Assembly: GCA_037447605.1 (NCBI GenBank)
Contig: JBBHKD010000068.1
Location: forward strand, 1 to 7,149
Origin: Zygnema circumcarinatum SAG 698-1b
Lineage: Eukaryota; Plantae; Zygnematophyceae
Length of the DNA: 7,149 nucleotides
Direction: 5' to 3'
The notes under the pieces are model-generated. The model was not told where the DNA came from. It saw only the letters and a list, made by a program, of their open reading frames with translations, and did not search any database. The position numbers were made by a program, and so were the translations under genes. Each line of letters starts with the position of its first letter. Position 1 is the first letter of the stretch. Below, piece after piece: positions 1 to 6,730 of this stretch.

Positions 1-216
1 GTTTTAAAATTAATGTATTACAAAGTAAATACTTTATTACATATATTATACCGCTCGTTTGAACAATTAACGACCATTACGGCCATTACTCGTCTGATCC
101 TCTGGTCGTACCATATACCAAGAATTAGGTCGTTTTGGCGTTGGCGTTCTGCGAAATGCGTCGTCTGGTTTCCACGATACGCTTTCGTGCTAGGGCATAA
201 TGCAAATACGGTTGTA
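1..216. other. AT-rich flank upstream of the 5' LTR (probably host DNA)
   Basis: The first 50 nt contain only 6 G/C. Composition becomes GC-rich near 217, where similarity to the 3' LTR begins. No recognisable coding signal. Confidence 0.55.
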
Positions 217-669
217 TGTAGCGGCTTCTGATCACCCCAGGGAAGGGTTACTTAGGGCCGGCGTGGCTATGTTTCCATCCAATGGGTACACAACGGTTGG
301 GGCGCCGGATACCTATGGACCACGAGGAGGGTCCTAGGTTGAGCAAGTAAGTGGTTACGCACGTGGGGGGCACCAGCATGGTCGCGGTCGCGCACCGTGA
401 CGGGTCCCTCCTGCGGCTTAAGGGAGGATTGGGGATTACGGCACCCTTTGGGACCAATCGGTCCAGCGGCCCGGATCTCGGGCAGCGGCGGTCCCCAAGA
501 GTGCCGTTGATGGGTACAGTGCGGGTACGTTGATGCGAGACGGTAACAATCGAACAGCGCGCGCCAAGATCGGCAGATGCAGCGTCTGGCGCGCAGCGGC
601 CGCTGGCGTAGCCCATGAAATGCGATGGCGTTAAATGCACGTTGTACACCTACGACCCGATTCGAGATT

Positions 670-680
670 GAGAGAGAGAG
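670..680 (+). repeat. (GA)5G microsatellite in the LTR
   Basis: GAGAGAGAGAG read directly. Confidence 0.8.
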
Positions 681-850
681 GGGCAACGTGTGATCGACCA
701 TTGGACAGCCACGCTTCCAATCACTCCATAGCGGTAGGAGGAGGTTCAGCGGGGGAAGCGTAAAAGGCGAGGGTATTTGGCAGTCTTTCGACCAGCGTGC
801 CGGCGGTCGGTTGCACCCACGGCTGAGTAGGCTGCGCCACCCTCACGAAA

Positions 851-869
851 CTCTCTCTCTCTCTCTCTC
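851..869 (+). repeat. (CT)9C microsatellite in the 3' part of the LTR
   Basis: CTCTCTCTCTCTCTCTCTC read directly. Confidence 0.9.
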
Positions 870-951
870 ACCCTGCCCTCTCTCGGCCCGAACTTCGGAG
901 TCTTTGGTGTGTGATTCAGCCTTGAGACTGAAGGCGTTTTGGTTGTTACAT

Positions 952-964
952 TGGTATCAGAGCC
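952..964 (+). promoter_or_regulatory. Primer-binding site complementary to the 3' end of initiator tRNA-Met (plant type)
   Basis: TGGTATCAGAGCC lies 1 nt after the LTR-terminal CA. It is the complement of the GGCUCUGAUACCA 3' end of plant tRNA-iMet. Confidence 0.93.
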
Positions 965-1002
965 GCGTTGCGGCCTTCTCTTTGACAGAGAACCTGCGGG
1001 TC

Positions 1003-2487
1003 ATGGTGACCACACGCCGGGCCGGAGGGGACCCGGGGCCCTCGGGGCCGCCACCTCCACCACCTGTCCCCCGGGACGAGGTGATGGAGGAGAACTCGGG
1101 GACTGCGGCCGTCCCTATGGAGGGGCCCAGTCCCGAGCCCACGGATGACCAAGGTCATCCGGTGGCTACTACCCACCCTCGCGTCACTTACGAGCCGGCG
1201 GCTCGGCCCGATCAGATCCCATGATGGGGCCTGTAACGGTGGCGTCTGCGAAGATAAAGAAGAAAGAGGATCGTGGCCGGGAAGCCGGATGTAAAGGCGG
1301 CGGCGTCGCCACCATAACTTTTATGCAGTGGGCGACATAGAGCTCTCACGATTAAAGCGCTGGTGGACCGCGCTCCAAATGGAGTTCGGGGCCTTTGGGG
1401 CGAGCTCAGGAGGATCGAGAAAGATGCCCGAACCCCCTCCGGTACATGGCGTGGATCACGGCGAGTCTGAGGAAGGGTTGAAAACCACTCGGTAAGCGTC
1501 GTCTGTCGAACGCTAACCCGGCTGCCGAGCGGCAGCCGAAGTCCGGACCCACAGCGCTTTTCCCGCGGTCACCCCGAGGTGGCGGGCTCCAGCCAGCGGT
1601 GGGGACCCATTAAAGTGACATTTCTTTGAGGCGGAGGAGATCGGTCCTCCGGACTGCTCCCACGCAACCCTCTTTGAGGATGCGGCGGAGTCGGGCCAAG
1701 GTAGCCCCCTCTCTTTCCTTTGGGGCGAACATCCTACCCGCGGTTGCTTTCGATTGAGTAGTGGTTGGGTCAAGCGAAGGGCACGCCGGCGCCAAGCTGT
1801 CCCCCACTCCGGTGGGTAGCTTTCTTACCAACCTTAGCTGAAGAGAGCCGCGCCACGTGTGTATGAGGGCCTCTCGGATGAAGATTGGGGCGATTGGGAT
1901 AAGTTCAGAGATGAATATCAAACACTTTGGGGCCTTGGATCCAGAAGCGGAGGCCAGGTAAATTCGAGAACATGGTCCAAGCCCGTGATTAATCAGCGGT
2001 TTACTGCGAGACTGCGACAAGTGTGCCTCGGTCACTCCTGGCGCGGGCGAGGCTGAGTTCTTTTCCGCCGAGAATGGCTTGAAGCCACACCCCAGGAAAG
2101 CGACTACGGACTAACCCACGGACTTTCTGAAGCGTGGGACCCAGCTGACTACGGTACGTACTTTGTCTGACCATTGAGTTGGACACCGCCCTTGCGAGCG
2201 TCTGACCTTCCGACCCCGCGAGAGAGGTGCCGGGCAGCGTGGCTGTGAGGTGCGTGGAAGGCGGGACCTCAGCTCTGCCAAGATGGCGAGGAAGGAACAG
2301 CAGCGGCGGAAGTGGCACGCCGCCCACCTTTACCGCGGCCGCGGTTGACTCCGAGAAATGGAAGATGCGGCGGGGAGAACAAGTGTTTCGGCTAGCGCAG
2401 GAGGGCACAAGGCCGGGATTGCCCTAGAACGCCAAGGGCGAGGGGAAGGGCAAGGCGGGAAGAAAACCCCAACCCACCGCAGCTTAG
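1003..2487 (+). pseudogene. gag: gag (capsid plus CCHC nucleocapsid), disrupted by many indels and stops
   Basis: ATG 1003 (MVTTRR...) lies 38 nt after the PBS. Capsid-core wording is spread over frames: DWDKFRDE (ORF 1859), KHFGALDPEAEAR (1920-1958), KFENMVQ, NGLKPH (2073-2090). A broken knuckle lies at 2384-2425, then a basic tail KGEGKGKAGRK ending at TAG 2485-2487. Confidence 0.8.
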
Positions 2488-4811
2488 GGGTCGTTGCTGG
2501 TGGACATGCTAGGTTAGGGGGAGGAATGGAGACTGCCACCAGGACTAGGGGACATTTGTTTCTTAGAACCTCGGACATTCTTAAATTGGTTGGCAGACCT
2601 TTGGGAATGCACGATCTCTTTGTGTGTGATGCACTCCCTGTTTCCATTTCCCTCTCCCCTGCCACTGTAGTGACTCCTTTTGGGTTTATGGATGTAGTGA
2701 TGAATGGTGATTGGCATGTCTTTATCCTCAATGTCATGGGCGATGATGTTCTCATGCAATGTGCCATGGATGTTTTGCATGTCATGGGAAACACCTCCCA
2801 TATCCTTGCGCTGCATGTGCTGGTTCCTCAGCACATGGCAGTTCGCACCTTTCCCAGCGCCACTTGGCGGTTGGTGACACAGTTGAGGAAAGGGCACACG
2901 TTGGTGCAAGAGATGGAAGGATCCACCAGCTTGCTGGTTGGCTCACCCTACACATTGGTGTGGAGGACGGCTCGTCCTCAACCTTCGCATATAGTGCGAT
3001 CTATGTTCCACCTTGCCCATCGTGCCATGACCTTCGTCGGGTCAGCAAATGGCCACCCAGCAGTTCTTCTGCTCGATACTGGGGCAGATGCTAACTTTGT
3101 TAGTTCTGCGTTCACCCAGAGGTTTAAGTTGACCACAGATCCCCATTCGGAAAGTGTTACTTTCGGGGATGGACGCAAGGGCCAGATCTCTGGTAGCGTC
3201 ACACTCAAGATCAAGCTCCAATCCTACTCCGGGGCAGTCAAGTGTCTTCTAACACAACTGGCCCCTGGAACTGATGTTATTTTGGGGAGTGCTTGGTTAA
3301 CCATGGTCAAGGCACAAATGGACTTTTCTGTCCCACATTGCATTCTGCACACTGGTGGCAGGCGGCTTACCCTGCACCCTGGCAGAGCCACATCCTCTGC
3401 TGTCAAGCAGCCTGCTACTCCTTATCTGTGCTCAGCTATGCAATTGGCCAAAGCAGTTAAGGAGGGATGCACCTTGTTCATGGTGCATGTCATGACAGCC
3501 ACTGAGGATGTTCATGACGAAGATCAGGACTGGCAGATCACATCCACGGATGTGCTCTCGGCTGTTCCATCCCAGATCCAACCTCTGTTGGATGAATTCA
3601 GGGATGTCTTCCCTGATGACCTTCCAAGAGGGTTGCCACCATCGAGAGGGGTGGGGCACACAATCCCTCTTGAGCCTGAGCAAAAGCCGCCTTGGCGGCC
3701 GATTTATCGGTTAAGCCCAAAAGAAACCGAGGAGATGCGTAAGCAATTGGCAACTTTACGTGACAAGGGCTGGATAGAGCCCAGCCAAAGCCCTTTTGGG
3801 GCGCCCATCTTGTTTGTTGGCAAGAAAGATGGCTCGTTGAGGATGTGCATTGATTATCGTGCACTCAACAAGATCACCGTAAAGAATCGATTTGCTTTAC
3901 CACGTATCGATGATCTGTTGGATCGTCTTCACGGCGCCAAAGTGTTCACATCACTTGATCTTGCTCAGGGGTATCATCAGATCCGCGTCACGGAAGCTGA
4001 TGTGCCAAAAACTGCGTTCCGGACGCCGATTGGTCATTTCCAATATAAGGTGTTGCCCTTTGGATTGACTAAAGCTCCAGCAACTTTCCAAGCTGTCATG
4101 AACGAGATGTTCATCGACATGGACGAGTTTGTTTTGGTTTACCTCGATGATATCCTTGTCTTCAGTAAGACGGAGGAGGAACATCTTGAACACGTTCGAA
4201 AAGTGTTTGAGACCCTGAGGAAACACCAGTTTTATGCCAAGAGGAAGAAGTGTCACTTCATGCAGCGCGAGTTGCTTTATCTTGGGCATGTTCTCAATGA
4301 TCAGGGCCTTCGGCCTGACCCTGCCAAAGTTTCCGCGGTAGAAACTTGGGCACCACCGACTGACTTGCATCAGTTGAGGTCCTTTCTGGGCTTTGCGAAT
4401 TATTTTCGTAAGTTCATCCAAGGGTTTAGTAAACTGGTCACCCCCTTGACTAATTTGACACGTTCCGGTGTCCCCTTTGTCTGGACCCCTGAATGCCAGG
4501 ATGCATTCGAAGGTGTGCGCCATGCACTTGTTACCGCACCCACTCTCCGTTTAGCGGACCCGTCCAAACCTTATGAAGTGGTTTGTGATGCTTCGGGATT
4601 CGCCTTGGGTGCCGTCTTGTTTCAAGATGGCCAACCTTTGGCGTATGAAAGTCGCAAAATGAATCCCGCTGAGCGCAACTATTCTGCAACGGAACAGGAA
4701 CTGCTTGCAGTGGTCCACGCCCTGAGGACATGGCGGTGCTATTTAGAGGGCAGAGTCCGTTGGTCGCTGACCACCGCCGGCCGACGTTTCTCTCCTACCC
4801 AGACCGTCTGA
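2358..4811 (+). CDS. pol: pol ORF (817 aa): aspartic protease, reverse transcriptase and C-terminally broken RNase H. The real start is probably the gag/pol junction near 2460, not the ATG at 2358.
   Basis: Stop-free frame containing LLDTGADANFVS, DVILG, PSQSPFGAPILFVGKKDGSLRMCIDYRALN, LDLAQGYHQI, YLDDILVFS, LGH, LRSFLGFANYFRKFI, VVCDASG, EQELLA and WRCYLEG. After about 4755 the residues are off-consensus. Confidence 0.93.
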   Translation: MEDAAGRTSVSASAGGHKAGIALERQGRGEGQGGKKTPTHRSLGVVAGGHARLGGGMETATRTRGHLFLRTSDILKLVGRPLGMHDLFVCDALPVSISLSPATVVTPFGFMDVVMNGDWHVFILNVMGDDVLMQCAMDVLHVMGNTSHILALHVLVPQHMAVRTFPSATWRLVTQLRKGHTLVQEMEGSTSLLVGSPYTLVWRTARPQPSHIVRSMFHLAHRAMTFVGSANGHPAVLLLDTGADANFVSSAFTQRFKLTTDPHSESVTFGDGRKGQISGSVTLKIKLQSYSGAVKCLLTQLAPGTDVILGSAWLTMVKAQMDFSVPHCILHTGGRRLTLHPGRATSSAVKQPATPYLCSAMQLAKAVKEGCTLFMVHVMTATEDVHDEDQDWQITSTDVLSAVPSQIQPLLDEFRDVFPDDLPRGLPPSRGVGHTIPLEPEQKPPWRPIYRLSPKETEEMRKQLATLRDKGWIEPSQSPFGAPILFVGKKDGSLRMCIDYRALNKITVKNRFALPRIDDLLDRLHGAKVFTSLDLAQGYHQIRVTEADVPKTAFRTPIGHFQYKVLPFGLTKAPATFQAVMNEMFIDMDEFVLVYLDDILVFSKTEEEHLEHVRKVFETLRKHQFYAKRKKCHFMQRELLYLGHVLNDQGLRPDPAKVSAVETWAPPTDLHQLRSFLGFANYFRKFIQGFSKLVTPLTNLTRSGVPFVWTPECQDAFEGVRHALVTAPTLRLADPSKPYEVVCDASGFALGAVLFQDGQPLAYESRKMNPAERNYSATEQELLAVVHALRTWRCYLEGRVRWSLTTAGRRFSPTQTV
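2384..2425 (+). other. Gag CCHC zinc knuckle remnant (C-F-G-[C]..Q-E-[G]-H-K-A-[R]-D-C-P)
   Basis: TGT TTC GGC TAG(C) at 2384, CAG GAG at 2398, CAC AAG GCC at 2406 and GAT TGC CCT at 2417. The pieces lie in three frames but together give CX2CX4HX4C, preceded by ENK. Confidence 0.7.
3027..3330 (+). other. Retropepsin-like aspartic protease domain
   Basis: Catalytic DTG at 3075-3083, flap-like VTFGDG and a DVILGSAWL motif at 3273-3299. Domain limits are approximate. Confidence 0.9.
3594..4550 (+). other. Reverse transcriptase domain (with thumb/connection)
   Basis: EFRDVFP start, CIDYRALN, LPRIDDL, PFGLT(K)AP and YLDD at 4140-4151, then KC.F...LGH. Domain limits are approximate. Confidence 0.96.
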
Positions 4812-4900
4812 AGTGGCCGAGCCTGCGATGCGAGTTCCTCCAAAGGTTTATTTGCCGGTGGAGTTTTATGCGGCTGAGGAAGGCTGAATGTAGCAGACCG
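4551..4900 (+). other. Ty3-type RNase H; in frame to about 4754, remainder frameshifted
   Basis: DAS at 4587-4595, E in EQELLA (4692-4700) and WRCYLEG at 4731-4751. The D-H of the TDH motif (GAC CAC 4769-4774) is out of frame. EFLQRF and NVAD (4887-4898) remnants follow after the stop at 4809-4811. Confidence 0.88.
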
Positions 4901-5059
4901 CGGTAGGCTGACCTGCGGCATCTTGCACGGATGATGGTCTTCGTCGACTTCGAGTGTTGGTGGAGCGAGGATATTGAGAGGTGAGGGGCGGCCAACCCCG
5001 GTCTCCGTCTCCGGTATGCTTTGTCATAGATCCCTCCACCAGTGACGCAGTCAACCCTC

Positions 5060-6290
5060 CTGCTCTCTCTGATCTCAGACAGATGATTCAGGAGGGGTAT
5101 ACTGGTGATCCTTTGTTCCTGGATGGCCAAGGTAATGGCTATAAGGACAAAGTGGTGTCTAAGGACGGATTTTGGTACCACGGCCAGCAGTTGGTCGTGC
5201 CCAAGGCCGGGACTGTACGGCAGCTCATTCTGGGTGAGCTACATGATCCTCCGTCACCCAGGGTCATGGGAGTTACTTAAAACCCGTGAGGCACTACTCA
5301 GGGGATACGGTGGCACGGACTCTGGGGATGTGGCGTGGCAGCCACAAGCTTGTCCAGCTTGTCAGCGAGAACAAACCCCGCCTTGGCGGGATCCACGGCG
5401 GTACAGCCGCACCTCCTTTTTGAATGGGGCGGTGTGGGTATGGACTTGATCCGCGAGATCTTCTGTGACACCTCGGGGGCATGACTCCATCCTCGTCTTT
5501 GTCGATCGGCTCAGCAAGATGGTGCATTTTGCACCAACTACTAAGAGCATTTTGGGGGCGGCCAGTTACTGTGATTTGTATGTTGACCAAAGTGTGGAGC
5601 AGCGTAATGTGATCCGAGTAATGTCGGCCGAAGTGATCCACGATTCACGGTAAATTTTTGGGCCGGAAGTGCTGCATCCGTTGGGACCAAGCGGTTGAGC
5701 CGCGGCTTTCCACCGCAAACCGATGGCCAGGAGACGGAGCGAGGTGAGCGGGGATCTGGAGGATTACCTGTTATGTGGGACCTGGGATGGGTAGGACGGC
5801 ACTCCCGATGGCGATCTCGCCATCAATAATGCTTTCAGTCCCGGCCCAATTTGCCACCCACTTTCTTTAGCGAACTTTGGCGACATCTCTAAATCCCGCA
5901 ACCAAGGGATCGGCCTACGTCCGGAGTGGAACATGAATCCACGGAACCCCCGATCCTTGGAAGAGAGAGGGGCCGATGGAAATTTCCAAACCTCAGCGAT
6001 CGGATCTTTTTGTCCAGACAAAATGTGAGGCCAGCTGCGGGCAAGCGCGGCCGGACCTGGCTAGCAGCGGTCGCGACAAAGGCTATGTTGACCGTCCGCA
6101 GGTACCCAACTCACGCCCGATGAGGCTGATGAGGTGTTGCTAAGCACGGCGAACTTACGACTCAAAGCTTATGGCGGAACACGTAAGCTGTGGCCCCGTT
6201 TCATGGGACCTTTTAAGGTCGTGAAGCGAATCAATGATGTCGCTTACAGGTTGGATTTACCATCCCACATGAAGGTGCATCCGGTCTTTC
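5060..6290 (+). pseudogene. Integrase (HHCC, DDE core, GPF/GPY module), multiply frameshifted
   Basis: LVVPK..ELHD (H 5242), GH (5262-5267) and CPAC (5351-5362) lie in three different frames. Also MDLI (5440), GHDSILVFVDRLSKMVHFAPT, AFH..DGQ (5708-5730), LEDYL (5756-5770) and KLWPRFMGPFKVVKRINDVAYRLDLP..HPVF (GPF 6206-6214). Confidence 0.92.
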
Positions 6291-6351
6291 GCCAGCGGAA
6301 AACTGCTAAGGTCGTAGCGATGGGGAGGATCCGACCACCTCCCGCCCGGTG

Positions 6352-6515
6352 GAGCTTGAGGGTGAGCGAGTGCAGTTGACCATTCAAGCCAGCGTCTTGG
6401 CAAGAAATTCGATCTTCACGTCGCAGAGCCTGCCGTGAAATGGTTGAGCTATAAGGGTTGAACATAGCACATGGGAAGCCAGGCGGCAGACGAATTGCGG
6501 GAGCTCATCAGCAGC
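6352..6515 (+). pseudogene. Integrase C-terminal chromodomain remnant
   Basis: ELEGE (6352), VKWLSYKG (6435-6458), a 1-nt shift, then EHSTWEA (6460-6480) and an ELRELI helix-like tail. This matches the YLVKW.GY..EH.TWE pattern of chromovirus chromodomains. Confidence 0.8.
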
Positions 6516-6721
6516 ATGCTTGGGGCGCGAGGCAGCGGGGAGAGCAAGCGAGGCGGCCGCAGGGGGTTCTGGGCGATCCGCGCAACTTCGAGGAAGGACT
6601 TGGCCGGGATTGCTCGGCGAGCCCTCTCCGGTTATCCGTGGGGATTCGGCCCAGCGTGCCCGTTAAACTGTTTGCCCTTTGCACTACCCGCTGCATTGAG
6701 CGAGGCGTTCCGCATTCCTCT

Positions 6722-6730
6722 GGGGAGTAA
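6722..6730 (+). promoter_or_regulatory. Polypurine tract (plus-strand primer), short
   Basis: GGGGAGTAA directly precedes TGTAGC, the start of the 3' LTR. Confidence 0.7.

Larger units (their letters stand above)
217..950 (+). repeat. 5' LTR (734 bp)
   Basis: Starts TGTAGC (217) and ends GTTACA (950), an imperfect terminal inverted repeat (5/6). The PBS follows 1 nt later. Collinear anchors are shared with 6731-7149, e.g. CTTCTGATC 225/6742, TACTTAG 249/6762, GGACCAC-N-AGGA 317/6828, GGGGCACC 367/6903. Confidence 0.8.

Noticed and set aside
13-231. 72-aa ORF in the AT-rich flank
   Set aside because: Short, no recognisable motif, and it crosses the LTR boundary.
248-701. ORFs inside the 5' LTR (248-649, 267-701, 351-533)
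   Set aside because: Expected by chance in GC-rich DNA. The diverged, gapped 3' LTR copy shows no sign of keeping these frames.
759-780. TATA-like TAAAAG at 761-766 in the LTR
   Set aside because: Not a consensus TATA box, and there is no transcript evidence to place a start site.
811-1002. Upstream extension of the gag ORF from 811
   Set aside because: It begins at TTG, not ATG, runs through the (CT)n tract, the LTR end and the PBS, and ATG 1003 is the more plausible start.
1232-1237. TGTAAC, a perfect inverse of the LTR end, as the start of a nested LTR
   Set aside because: No preceding PPT, no partner end or PBS downstream, and no similarity to the LTR beyond six bases.
1623-1690. Imperfect direct repeat TCTTTGAGG..GCGG..GGAG, 48 nt apart
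   Set aside because: Only two short copies in a degraded region; not an array or CRISPR-like structure.
2530-2560. Degenerate zinc knuckle around RTRGHLF
   Set aside because: No cysteines in frame, and a much better CCHC remnant exists at 2384-2425.
3951-4523. 190-aa minus-strand ORF and other antisense ORFs over pol (e.g. 2514-2909, 2330-2794, 3432-3683)
   Set aside because: They look like shadows of the pol frame, with no recognisable motif or independent expression signal.
6520-6721. Possible second chromodomain (GYPWGFGPACPLNC in ORF 6471-6785)
   Set aside because: Only a vague WGFGP/LNC resemblance, without the VKW or TWE anchors. It is better read as the untranslated spacer before the PPT.
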